Positions 40,417 to 48,916 of a stretch of DNA of 64,000 bases are shown in pieces. Below the pieces are notes generated by a model, which was not told where the DNA came from, searched no databases, and saw only the letters and a list, made by a program, of their open reading frames with translations. Position 1 is the stretch's first letter; the number at the start of each line of letters is the position of its first letter. A program made the position numbers and the translations under genes. Source of the stretch: a phage. The DNA lies in sequence record MZ956761.1; one strand, written 5' to 3'.

Positions 40417-40455
40417 GTTTACATGCTGATGAGGTAGTGATACTATTACCTCATC
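40417..40455 (+). promoter_or_regulatory. early promoter with stem-loop (PeSL-like), copy 1
   Basis: GTTTAC, 18-nt spacer, TGaTACTAT; -10 sits inside inverted repeat GATGAGGTA/TACCTCATC. Confidence 0.5.
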
Positions 40456-40476
40456 AAAATTAATTAGGAAAATAAA

Positions 40477-40734
40477 ATGAAAACTTTCAAAGAGTTTGCT
40501 ACAAAAACTATTATCACTGAATCTTCTCATGGTATGGAAGTAAAGCTTGGAATGGCTTTAGCTGAAGCTGAGCGTCTTTTCTCTCGTATTAAAGAACTTG
40601 CTGCTGCAGTCGATCCTTCATCTTTTAAAGGAGACCAAACGAAAGTTAAAGCGCTTTTAGCATTATGCTCTGATGCAGGCGAAATCGCTAAGAACGGTTC
40701 TAAGATGAAGAAACGATTAGAAGATTTAAAATAA
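40477..40734 (+). CDS. internal-protein-like small protein with capsid-targeting tag
   Basis: 85 aa; N-terminus MKTFKEFATKTIITE resembles the T4 IP tag with gp21-type (L/I)xE cleavage site. Confidence 0.55.
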   Translation: MKTFKEFATKTIITESSHGMEVKLGMALAEAERLFSRIKELAAAVDPSSFKGDQTKVKALLALCSDAGEIAKNGSKMKKRLEDLK

Positions 40735-40746
40735 TTTCACAAAGTT

Positions 40747-40785
40747 GTTTACACGGGGTTTTAGTAGTGATACTATTACCCTATC
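40747..40785 (+). promoter_or_regulatory. early promoter with stem-loop (PeSL-like), copy 2
   Basis: Near-identical 40-bp repeat of copy 1, offset 330 bp. Confidence 0.5.
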
Positions 40786-40812
40786 AAAACAAATGTGAGA
40801 TTGGAGAATAAA

Positions 40813-41046
40813 ATGAAAACTTATCAAGAATTTATTGCTGAAACTGCTGATGTAAAAGTTGAGTTTATTTATACTGACAAGAAAGATAAAATGGGTGAAA
40901 TGCCTCATGGAGTTCTTCGCGATGCATTAGATAATTTCGGTCAACTCGCTGCAGAAGATTACGGTGATAAAATTGTTGTTACTGGTCCTGCTGCAGTTAT
41001 TGAAAAATGGGCAGCAGAAAATAAATCAATTTTTCGTAAAAAATAA
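40813..41046 (+). CDS. internal protein (IPI-like) with MKTYQEFIAE tag
   Basis: 77 aa from the Met of MKTYQEFIAE; track ORF starts 6 codons earlier at GTG. Confidence 0.6.
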   Translation: MKTYQEFIAETADVKVEFIYTDKKDKMGEMPHGVLRDALDNFGQLAAEDYGDKIVVTGPAAVIEKWAAENKSIFRKK

Positions 41047-41085
41047 GTTTACTTTTAGATAGGGTAGTGATACTATTACCCTATC
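41047..41085 (+). promoter_or_regulatory. early promoter with stem-loop (PeSL-like), copy 3
   Basis: GTTTAC-N18-TACTAT with inverted repeat GATAGGGTA/TACCCTATC around the -10. Confidence 0.5.
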
Positions 41086-41104
41086 AACTACTGAGGAGAA
41101 TAAA

Positions 41105-41290
41105 ATGAAACGTTGTGAATTAATTCGAAATGTTGCTATTGCAATTTCTGCTTCTGCTTTTAGTTTTTCAATGTTTGTTGGATTTATATGCGGATTATTG
41201 ACTACAGCAGAAAATGTTTTTTCACTTGTAGTAGCATTTTTAATTGGTTTAATTGCTATCGTTATGGATAAAATTTCTAAAGGTGAATAG
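41105..41290 (+). CDS. small two-helix membrane protein
   Basis: 61 aa, two hydrophobic stretches; GAGGAG SD. Confidence 0.45.
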   Translation: MKRCELIRNVAIAISASAFSFSMFVGFICGLLTTAENVFSLVVAFLIGLIAIVMDKISKGE

Positions 41291-41701
41291 ATGAGTATTA
41301 ACGAATATTATGTTTATGCTGGGGATTATGCAAATCCTTCTCATTTTGAAGGTAATTTAATACCTGATAAAGTTTTTAATACTCCTTTTGAAGCGTGGAG
41401 TTGGATTGAAAGTAAAAATGGATTTTCTTACCGTTATGTTGAAGTAACTGATTGGAGAGGAACTAAATATCCTAAAGACCATTATTACGTAAATCCATCT
41501 AAGGTAAATTTTCTTTTATTCGCAGGTGATAATTATTACCCTTGTGGTGGATATGATGATTTAATTGCGTATGCTGAAACAGAAGATAAACTGCGTGATA
41601 TCATTAAAGAAAATGAAAATAAACCAGATTATGGTTCTAATCGCTTTGACTGGTGGCAAATCGTAAATGCCCATACTCATGCTATTGTTGATAGAGGTTG
41701 A
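41291..41701 (+). CDS. hypothetical protein
   Basis: 136-aa ORF, start overlaps previous stop. Confidence 0.5.
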   Translation: MSINEYYVYAGDYANPSHFEGNLIPDKVFNTPFEAWSWIESKNGFSYRYVEVTDWRGTKYPKDHYYVNPSKVNFLLFAGDNYYPCGGYDDLIAYAETEDKLRDIIKENENKPDYGSNRFDWWQIVNAHTHAIVDRG

Positions 41702-41991
41702 TAATGATACTTTATGCGAAAGTATCGTCCATTGAAAATGGATATAAATATGATCAAGAAGCAGCTAAAGCCTTGATTGATGATTATGGCATTTTAACAT
41801 GTTTTGAAGTTGAAAAGGTTTACATTGATCGTTCATCTTCTCAAGTTAAATTAGTGAAGGAAGACCGTAAATTTAATACAGTAAATTTTGATTTCTTTAT
41901 TGAAACAGAAAAAGGTCCTCTTGAATATGATATTTTCAAGAATCCTTTGAGTCTTGAATGTATCGTAAATACGTATCATCATAAATGGTAA
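41698..41991 (+). CDS. hypothetical protein
   Basis: 97-aa ORF, ATGA overlap with previous gene. Confidence 0.5.
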   Translation: MIMILYAKVSSIENGYKYDQEAAKALIDDYGILTCFEVEKVYIDRSSSQVKLVKEDRKFNTVNFDFFIETEKGPLEYDIFKNPLSLECIVNTYHHKW

Positions 41992-42088
41992 ATATGCTTT
42001 AAGAATTATTTGTTATTATTAACTCATACCACACTGATTAATACCCTCTATCATCAAGGGTTCTTGTTAGAGAGCCTTTGTTAATAAT

Positions 42089-42161
42089 TGGGAATTAGCC
42101 AAGTTGGTAAGGCATAGCACTTTGACTGCTAGATGCAAAGGTTCGAGTCCTTTATTCCCAG
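42089..42161 (+). tRNA. tRNA-Gln (anticodon TTG)
   Basis: Hand-folded cloverleaf: acceptor TGGGAAT/ATTCCCA, T-loop TTCGAGT, anticodon loop CTTTGAC. Confidence 0.7.
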
Positions 42162-42162
42162 C

Positions 42163-42249
42163 GCGAGAATGGTCAAATTGGTAAAGGCACAGCACTTAAA
42201 ATGCTGCGGAATGATTTCCTTGTGGGTTCGAGTCCCACTTCTCGCACCA
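42163..42249 (+). tRNA. tRNA-Leu (anticodon TAA)
   Basis: Acceptor GCGAGAA/TTCTCGC, long variable arm, encoded CCA. Confidence 0.75.
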
Positions 42250-42254
42250 AATTT

Positions 42255-42328
<74 letters not shown>

Positions 42329-42338
42329 ATTTAATCTA

Positions 42339-42412
42339 CTCCGTGTAGCTCAGTTTGGTAGAGCGCCTGATTTGGGATCAGGAGGTCCAAGGTTCAAATC
42401 CTTGTATGGAGA
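42339..42412 (+). tRNA. tRNA-Pro (anticodon TGG)
   Basis: D-arm TAGCTCAGTTTGGTAGAGC, anticodon loop TTTGGGA, T-loop TTCAAAT. Confidence 0.7.
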
Positions 42413-42414
42413 CT

Positions 42415-42504
42415 GGAGGCGTGGCAGAGTGGTTTAATGCACCGGTCTTGAAAACCGGCAGTCGCTCCGGCGACTCATAGGTTCAAATCCTATCGCCTCC
42501 GCCA
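42415..42504 (+). tRNA. tRNA-Ser (anticodon TGA)
   Basis: Acceptor GGAGGCG/CGCCTCC, long variable arm, anticodon loop CTTGAAA, CCA. Confidence 0.75.
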
Positions 42505-42509
42505 GTTTT

Positions 42510-42585
42510 GCTGATTTAGCTCAGTAGGTAGAGCAACTCACTTGTAATGAGAAGGTCGGCGGTTCGATTCCGTCAATCAGCACCA
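42510..42585 (+). tRNA. tRNA-Thr (anticodon TGT)
   Basis: Acceptor GCTGATT/AATCAGC, anticodon loop CTTGTAA, CCA. Confidence 0.75.
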
Positions 42586-42586
42586 A

Positions 42587-42661
42587 GGCCCTGTAGCTGG
42601 AAGGTTCAAGCAAGCGACTCATAATCGCCAGATGGTGGTTCAATTCCACCCAGGGCCACCA
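42587..42661 (+). tRNA. tRNA with CAT anticodon (Ile2-type or Met)
   Basis: Acceptor GGCCCTG/CAGGGCC, anticodon loop CTCATAA, CCA. Confidence 0.65.
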
Positions 42662-42674
42662 AATTAAGAATTAA

Positions 42675-42761
42675 GGGGAGTTATCCCGTAGAGGTAGCGG
42701 TGTGGACTGTAAATCCATTGTCATTGCGACTCGGGTGGTTCGACTCCATCACTCCCCACCA
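42675..42761 (+). tRNA. tRNA-Tyr (anticodon GTA), type II
   Basis: Perfect 7-bp acceptor GGGGAGT/ACTCCCC, anticodon loop CTGTAAA, long variable arm, T-loop TTCGACT, CCA. Confidence 0.6.
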
Positions 42762-42765
42762 ATTT

Positions 42766-42840
42766 GGATGTGTAGCTCAATGGCAGAGCGATCGCCTGTT
42801 AAGCGATTGGTTATAGGTTCGAATCCTATCACGTCCGCCA
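42766..42840 (+). tRNA. tRNA-Asn (anticodon GTT)
   Basis: Acceptor GGATGTG/CACGTCC, anticodon loop CTGTTAA, T-loop TTCGAAT, CCA. Confidence 0.65.
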
Positions 42841-42954
42841 AATTTGTGACAACTGTCACATTAATATCTACTTGACGCGATTATAGGGGTTGAACTGATC
42901 ACTCTTCTCTTAATTTCGTGTGAAGACATCTTGATTGTTGGAGTAGGTATTAAT

Positions 42955-43030
42955 GTGGCCGTAGTTCAGTTGGTAGAACTCGAGATTGTGATTCTCGTAG
43001 TCATGGGTTCGACTCCCATCGGTCACCCCA
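42955..43030 (+). tRNA. tRNA-His (anticodon GTG)
   Basis: Acceptor GTGGCCG/CGGTCAC, anticodon loop TTGTGAT, T-loop TTCGACT, CCA. Confidence 0.6.
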
Positions 43031-43034
43031 ATTA

Positions 43035-43110
43035 CGGGGCATAGCTCAGAAGGAAGAGCAAGGACCTTCTAAGTCCTAGGTCGTAGGTTCGATCCCTACT
43101 GCCTCGACCA
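43035..43110 (+). tRNA. tRNA-Arg (anticodon TCT)
   Basis: D-arm TAGCTCAGAAGGAAGAGC, anticodon loop CTTCTAA, T-loop TTCGATC, CCA. Confidence 0.7.
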
Positions 43111-43126
43111 ATTAAGTGAGGAAAAT

Positions 43127-43477
43127 ATGAAAGGTAATGTTTATTTAGTAGTTCATGATTTAACATTCTATTTTAATCATAATGACACTGTTATTTCTGA
43201 ACGTGTAATTAATTTGCTTTATCAGCACGCAGATTATGTTTATGTCGAAAACGAATATGGTCATTGGCAATTTCTTAAAAATCGTTCATTTGGCTTAGAT
43301 GGTTACGAATACTTTGAACGTAAAGACCTTTTAGATAAAATTCCGTTATCTACACAATATCAAAATCACAAATCTTTATATAAATGCCGACCAATTCGAA
43401 ATGTTGAATCCGCGTATGAAGCAATTGATTTATGGCGTAAACGCCGTGAACAGATTGATGCTTTAAAAGAATATTAA
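43127..43477 (+). CDS. hypothetical protein downstream of tRNA cluster
   Basis: 116-aa ORF with GAGGAAAA SD. Confidence 0.5.
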   Translation: MKGNVYLVVHDLTFYFNHNDTVISERVINLLYQHADYVYVENEYGHWQFLKNRSFGLDGYEYFERKDLLDKIPLSTQYQNHKSLYKCRPIRNVESAYEAIDLWRKRREQIDALKEY

Positions 43478-43479
43478 GA

Positions 43480-43785
43480 AACCGGGTCGCTACCGGTAAG
43501 TCGTCGGACTGATGTTCCCTGAGTAAGGAATTGTGTTAATAAATCTTTATGATTTGTTGATGCCCTCTTACATCACAGCAGAAACGGCGCACCGAATTAT
43601 CGATTCGAGGAAATATCTTTGCCATAAGCCGAGTAGCGTTTTTGACGGAACGTTCGGATATGGTCGAGATATGGCCTTTTAAAAATATTGAGTAGCGTCA
43701 ACTACTTAATAACCGGGTTCGAATCCCGGCGTTTCGTACAAACACTTGCCTTAGCAGGTGGAACCCCGACAAGGTTGCCGCAAGG
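43480..43785 (+). ncRNA. putative small stable RNA(s) (T4 species 1/2-like), tRNA-like elements
   Basis: About 300 bp without ORF; canonical T-arm-like CCGGG-TTCGAAT-CCCGG; ends at a terminator hairpin. Confidence 0.3.
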
Positions 43786-43816
43786 CTTAGCCCCGACCGA
43801 AAGGTTGGGGCTTTTT
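43786..43816 (+). repeat. 31-bp direct repeat with terminator hairpin (left copy)
   Basis: CTTAGCCCCGACCGAAAGGTTGGGGCTTTTT, identical to the copy at 44341. Confidence 0.7.
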
Positions 43817-43818
43817 AG

Positions 43819-43826
43819 TATAAATA
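43819..43826 (+). promoter_or_regulatory. T4-type late promoter (TATAAATA)
   Basis: Exact TATAAATA about 37 bp upstream of the ATG at 43863. Confidence 0.45.
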
Positions 43827-43862
43827 AGTATATTAAAACCACGAATTAAAACAGGAAATAAG

Positions 43863-44336
43863 ATGAAATCATATGCTCAATTTTTAAATGAAGCGGTGTT
43901 AAATGAAGCATCTAGCACCGAAATTCAAGCTGTTGCAAAAGCTGCCATTGCCGCGGGTAAATATTCCTATAAGGATGCTTCCGATGAATCACGATTCCAA
44001 TTTGCTCGTGATATGAAAGCCGAAGGATTTACAGGGAATGCAGTTAGTATGGCTTGGAAAAGTTTAGTTGCTACTGGAGCTGCTTTTGCAAAGGCTTCAG
44101 GTAAACCTGCTCCTAAGGCTGACCCTAAAGCAGCACAAGAAAAAAATATTGCTAAAGGAATTATCTCTAGGTATGAAGCAATTCTTAAAGAACTTTTGAT
44201 AATTAAGACCGAAGGCCAGAAACTTGCGCGAGCTCATAGTTTCAAAGATAATCCACATGCTCATGACCTAGAGTATGTTGAAGACATCCAAAAAATTATT
44301 AAAGACCGCATTTGGTCTGCTAAACAAATCAAATAA
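43863..44336 (+). CDS. capsid-targeting-tag protein (internal-protein-like), 157 aa
   Basis: N-terminus MKSYAQFLNE resembles the IP tag MKTYQEFIAE; late promoter upstream; flanked by identical 31-bp repeats. Confidence 0.5.
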   Translation: MKSYAQFLNEAVLNEASSTEIQAVAKAAIAAGKYSYKDASDESRFQFARDMKAEGFTGNAVSMAWKSLVATGAAFAKASGKPAPKADPKAAQEKNIAKGIISRYEAILKELLIIKTEGQKLARAHSFKDNPHAHDLEYVEDIQKIIKDRIWSAKQIK

Positions 44337-44340
44337 CATT

Positions 44341-44371
44341 CTTAGCCCCGACCGAAAGGTTGGGGCTTTTT
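44341..44371 (+). repeat. 31-bp direct repeat with terminator hairpin (right copy)
   Basis: Identical 31-mer immediately after the stop of the 43863 ORF. Confidence 0.7.
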
Positions 44372-44503
44372 GGTATCTAGGCCTTTCCGGGCCTCTCTAG
44401 GCATCATTTAGTTTATACCCTTTATAATATATTATCCTACCTTTTAATTGCCCCTCCTGACCCTAGAATTCCCTAAAAATTTTTAAAATTTTTTCACAAA
44501 ACG

Positions 44504-44546
44504 GTTTACATCCCCGTTCTTCCATGGTACTATACAACTATCAACT
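44504..44546 (+). promoter_or_regulatory. T4-type early promoter
   Basis: GTTTAC-N18-TGgTACTAT followed by conserved ACAACTATCAACT; AT-rich upstream element. Confidence 0.5.
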
Positions 44547-44576
44547 ACTGATATAGAAAACAACTTGGAGAACGAA

Positions 44577-44840
44577 ATGGATAATTACGGCGAACTGTTC
44601 AACTTCTTTATGAAATGCGTTTCAGAAGATTTCGGTCGTACAGTGAATGATATTAAAGTTATCGGTCCTGATCATCCGATGTTTGAAACTTACGCAGTAA
44701 TGGGTAATGAAGATGGTCAGTGGTATACTGTAAAGGTTGTGATTAATATGTTCACGGCAGAAGGTTATGTTAAACTGTCTTCTAAAGTTTACCATGATAA
44801 CGATGAAATCGCAGAAGAATATTTCAATAATATGAAATAA
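44577..44840 (+). CDS. hypothetical early protein
   Basis: 87 aa from ATG with GGAG SD (track ORF begins at TTG 44565). Confidence 0.5.
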   Translation: MDNYGELFNFFMKCVSEDFGRTVNDIKVIGPDHPMFETYAVMGNEDGQWYTVKVVINMFTAEGYVKLSSKVYHDNDEIAEEYFNNMK

Positions 44841-44842
44841 TT

Positions 44843-44872
44843 GTGTACAAACACCAAGGACGGTGTTATTAT
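44843..44872 (+). promoter_or_regulatory. early-promoter-like element (variant -35)
   Basis: GTGTAC-N18-TATTAT followed by AGACTTATCA box shared with the 45062 copy. Confidence 0.35.
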
Positions 44873-44908
44873 AGACTTATCAAAACAAATACAGAAACGG
44901 AGAAATAA

Positions 44909-45073
44909 ATGACTACTTTAATTATTTGGTTTGACGAAAATGAAGAAACATACTGCGTGAACATTGGCGAAAGCCCAATGCCAGAATTTGAATCTTCGGA
45001 TAAAAACTCGGTTGTATCTTGGGCTGAAGGTTATAAAGCAGCAAAAGGCGATGTTGAAATAGTTTACAACTAA
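44909..45073 (+). CDS. small hypothetical protein
   Basis: 54-aa ORF with GGAG SD, below the track cutoff. Confidence 0.4.
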   Translation: MTTLIIWFDENEETYCVNIGESPMPEFESSDKNSVVSWAEGYKAAKGDVEIVYN

Positions 45074-45091
45074 GTATGAAGGCGTTACTAT
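45062..45091 (+). promoter_or_regulatory. T4-type early promoter
   Basis: GTTTAC-N18-TACTAT followed by AGACTTATCA. Confidence 0.45.
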
Positions 45092-45117
45092 AGACTTATC
45101 ATCACAAGGAAAACATT

Positions 45118-45453
45118 ATGAAACGTAACTTTAGTAAAGCTTTTTGTAATAGAAATGATTATCCTGAAGAGCTTTTTGAATCTAAGGAATTTAAAGAGTT
45201 TAACGAACGTTCTCAAAACATGCCTATACAGTGGGTATTGGATTATGCTAACCGTATCTTTGAAGGCGTACGTTTCGTTGGCCCCGATGATGAAGCTCCT
45301 TATTTTAAAAAGGCTTGGGAACTCGCCAACCAAGCATATATCAATGCTTTAGAATCTTCTAAAGGTACTGACGATGATTTTATTTTATTGGCTATCAATG
45401 ATGCCGTTGTCGAGGCCATCGACGCCTTTATCGACGAGCTAGACGAAGAATAA
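45118..45453 (+). CDS. hypothetical acidic protein
   Basis: 111-aa ORF with AGGA SD. Confidence 0.5.
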   Translation: MKRNFSKAFCNRNDYPEELFESKEFKEFNERSQNMPIQWVLDYANRIFEGVRFVGPDDEAPYFKKAWELANQAYINALESSKGTDDDFILLAINDAVVEAIDAFIDELDEE

Positions 45454-45483
45454 GTTTACAATCTATTAGAAACGTGATATTAT
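45454..45483 (+). promoter_or_regulatory. T4-type early promoter
   Basis: GTTTAC-N18-TGaTATTAT. Confidence 0.45.
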
Positions 45484-45510
45484 CTAATTATACCAACCTA
45501 AGGAAATACT

Positions 45511-46104
45511 ATGAACACACTGAAGAAAATTGTTGAGTTTATTCGCACTAAACTTGGTTCTGCTATGGCTAAAAATTTATCTGTTGAAGAACAGTATACT
45601 GCTGCGGCAGCAAAACTGCTTGATAAAATTAAAGATCTAAAAACTGCTTCTGTTAAATCTATTAATGAAGAAAAGCGTATTCGTGAACTTATTGTCGAAA
45701 AGAATAAGCAGGCCGAATCAAAAGAGCGTGAAATTCGCAAGCTTCTTTCCGAAGGTCAAGATGTAACAATGCATGCTAAACTCGGCTTGCTATATCGTCG
45801 AACAGCTGAGCAGTTGACTACTAAAGCTGATGGTTATGCTGAAATGCGAATTGAAATCGCTAAGAAAGTAGTTGAATTGGATGATGCACGCCAAGAACTT
45901 GCGGTTAAATTGGAATATATCCGTGAAACTCGTGCAGCAAATGCCCTTGGAATTAGTACTGCTGATGATGTAGTTGAAATTGCAGCACTGACTAAGGTTG
46001 ATATTGAAGATACTCTTGCTCGAGTTGAAACCTTTAACGGTAATATTTCTGGGGTTGAAACTACTTCTGCTGATGTTCAGGAATACATTAATTCTCTGAA
46101 ATAA
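45511..46104 (+). CDS. coiled-coil protein, possibly PspA/IM30-like
   Basis: 197 aa, heptad-rich helical sequence; family assignment is impression only. Confidence 0.45.
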
Positions 46105-46109
46105 TGATA

Positions 46110-46125
46110 AGGGGCTTCGGCCCCT
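46110..46125 (+). terminator. hairpin terminator
   Basis: AGGGGC-TTCG-GCCCCT after the stop at 46104. Confidence 0.5.
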
Positions 46126-46145
46126 ATTACTTGGAGTAAATAGGA

Positions 46146-46754
46146 ATGAAAATGCAAAGTGATTTCAATTCAATGTTTGAAGAGTTCCAAAGACAGGTTG
46201 ATGTTCCAGACCAATTACTAAATGCTCTTAAACGTATGGCAGAAGGACGTAATTATTATTGGGGTTCTTCATATGAAACTGATGAAAGTCTTTCTGGAAG
46301 ATTTTCCAGAGGTAAAAAGTCTTTAATACGTCCTGGAATACTTATTAACAGTATTGAATCAATTCATTCATTGACATGTGATTTTGATGTTGAATTTACT
46401 GATTTCATTTCTCCTGAATGGTCAGTTTGTTATTTAAACGACGATTTTGATTATCTCGGTGTTTATAGTTTAAGTGACGCATGGTTTAAACGTAACTTAC
46501 AAAAGTCAAATTTATTTTATATTGATACTACGGTAAAATTTCAGGGCAAGAAATATTTTTTTACTCTTATAGTTGATTCTGAAACGAAGTATGAAAATAA
46601 ACGTATTCTTAGTAAAAAGAATATCTTAACTATTGTTGATGATCTTTTTGATAAATTCGTAGAAAATCCCAATTTTGAAAGCGATTTATTACTAGAAAAA
46701 TTTGTGAAGGAATGTAGAGAATATGTCAAAGCCATCAATGTATCTTCCAAGTAA
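46146..46754 (+). CDS. hypothetical protein, first of four coupled genes
   Basis: 202 aa; C-terminal FVKECREYVK overlaps next gene start. Confidence 0.5.
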   Translation: MKMQSDFNSMFEEFQRQVDVPDQLLNALKRMAEGRNYYWGSSYETDESLSGRFSRGKKSLIRPGILINSIESIHSLTCDFDVEFTDFISPEWSVCYLNDDFDYLGVYSLSDAWFKRNLQKSNLFYIDTTVKFQGKKYFFTLIVDSETKYENKRILSKKNILTIVDDLFDKFVENPNFESDLLLEKFVKECREYVKAINVSSK

Positions 46755-47115
46755 ACCGTTGAAGTATGAATTAAAGCGCCAGCTAATTTCTACTGATGTA
46801 TTAATAGGTCCTGTAATAGCTGTATCATTTGTAATTCTACTGGGGGTTGGAATAGTTATAGATGTTATGACTGATATTGAATCTAATATAATATTTGCGT
46901 CAACATTAATTCTTCCAATGATAGTTCCATTTTTATTAGTACCTGTAAATTGGGTAGGATACTGGTATCAAGGAAGGCATTATCGTAAACGCGTACGTGA
47001 TTGGAAAGCACAGTGTAAAAAGATTAAAAAGGAACATCAGCTTAAACTTGCTGCGTATGAATTTGATGAAATTATGAAATTTGTTAAGGAATCACGATGC
47101 AAAAGCCAAAACTAA
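46723..47115 (+). CDS. small membrane protein
   Basis: 130 aa with hydrophobic segments; C-terminal FVKESRCK. Confidence 0.5.
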   Translation: MSKPSMYLPSKPLKYELKRQLISTDVLIGPVIAVSFVILLGVGIVIDVMTDIESNIIFASTLILPMIVPFLLVPVNWVGYWYQGRHYRKRVRDWKAQCKKIKKEHQLKLAAYEFDEIMKFVKESRCKSQN

Positions 47116-47459
47116 ATAAAGTCAAATATTCGCTTCCTGAGTCATTTTTAATTTTTGCTGTGGCGTTGGCTGCAGCTCTTGCGGGTAGTCTTTTTGGATT
47201 GTTAATTGACTGTCTTATTTTAAACATTGACGGCACAGTAAATATAATAGAAGTTTGGAGTGAACTTCACTATACTAAAATTATTTCATTATTTTCATTC
47301 TTTGGTACCATGTTATATTTTCATTATGATAATTTTAAAATAAATTGGCAAAGAAAAAAAGATTACAAAATACAATTAAAAGAATATAATAGCTACATGT
47401 CTTATATTGAAAAAGAATCAATGGAAGAGTTTGTGAGTGATTGTAGGAAAATTAAATGA
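47097..47459 (+). CDS. small membrane protein
   Basis: 120 aa, two hydrophobic segments; C-terminal FVSDCRKIK. Confidence 0.5.
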   Translation: MQKPKLNKVKYSLPESFLIFAVALAAALAGSLFGLLIDCLILNIDGTVNIIEVWSELHYTKIISLFSFFGTMLYFHYDNFKINWQRKKDYKIQLKEYNSYMSYIEKESMEEFVSDCRKIK

Positions 47460-47944
47460 TTTTAAAAACTCGCTGGTATGATTTAGATGATGGGGATGAT
47501 GGCATTTCAGTTGATAGAGTTGACTGGAATGGTTGTTCCGAAGATATGAAAAATTTGTTGATTAGGGAGTTTAGAATGGGATATCAAGCAGCTAAGCCAT
47601 TTACTGTAACAGATGATAAGTTCGTATGTATTCAAAACGGTCGCGCTAAGTTAACGAATGCTGATTGGTTCACAGATAAGAAGGTTCTTCTGTGGTATAT
47701 CATTAGTCTTCCTATATCATCGTTCGTATTTTACTTTTTTATAAAAAATCCAATGGACAGAATAGGAGATTGGGTTCTTTTAACTATACTTGTTAATATT
47801 TTTACAGCAGCAGTATTATCAGGAATATGGTACATGTTCATTGAAATGCCATGGCGGTTACGCAGACAGCAAAAGATTTTTGATGAAAAGAAATATACTC
47901 AAAATTTAAATAACTTTATCACTGAATGCAGGAAATTAAAATGA
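47456..47944 (+). CDS. small membrane protein
   Basis: 162 aa, hydrophobic segments; C-terminal FITECRKLK. Confidence 0.5.
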   Translation: MILKTRWYDLDDGDDGISVDRVDWNGCSEDMKNLLIREFRMGYQAAKPFTVTDDKFVCIQNGRAKLTNADWFTDKKVLLWYIISLPISSFVFYFFIKNPMDRIGDWVLLTILVNIFTAAVLSGIWYMFIEMPWRLRRQQKIFDEKKYTQNLNNFITECRKLK

Positions 47945-48381
47945 AAACACTATCAGCTGGTATTATCTTTATGACAGAAGATAAAGATTTATTTATGGGT
48001 CGGGTTACTGGTTCTCGTAAGCCTGGAATGATGGCACACCGCTGGGATATTCCAAAGGGCCGTGTAGAAAATTCTGATTTAAGCGCATTAGATGCAGCAC
48101 GAAGAGAATGTTTAGAAGAGACTGGTTTTAGCAATTATAATCCAGACCTTCTAGAAGACCTAGGTGTATTTAAATATTCTAGTAATAAAGACCTACAGTT
48201 ATTTTATTATACGATTCCAGTAGAGCATGAGATGTTTAGAAATTGCCATTGCGAGTCTTATTTTGAAAATAAAGACGGTGTTATGATTCCAGAGATGGAC
48301 GCTTTTGCTCTTATTCCTCGTACTCAGTGGCAATATGTGATGGGTCCTTCACTTTACCGAATAATGAACAACCTCTTTTAA
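47926..48381 (+). CDS. nudE: NudE Nudix hydrolase
   Basis: 151 aa; Nudix box GRVENSDLSALDAARRECLEETGF; start could also be the Met at 47941. Confidence 0.8.
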   Translation: MQEIKMKTLSAGIIFMTEDKDLFMGRVTGSRKPGMMAHRWDIPKGRVENSDLSALDAARRECLEETGFSNYNPDLLEDLGVFKYSSNKDLQLFYYTIPVEHEMFRNCHCESYFENKDGVMIPEMDAFALIPRTQWQYVMGPSLYRIMNNLF

Positions 48382-48912
<531 letters not shown>

Positions 48913-48916
48913 AGTT

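Noticed and set aside
42861-42954. Possible host-type promoter (TTGACG) in the tRNA spacer
   Set aside because: No properly spaced -10 hexamer; the match is too weak to call.
45088-45352. Minus-strand 81-aa ORF and an alternative plus-frame 65-aa ORF overlapping the ORF at 45118-45453
   Set aside because: The 111-aa plus-strand frame has the SD and promoter and fits the surrounding early-gene strand; the others are shorter overlapping frames without signals.
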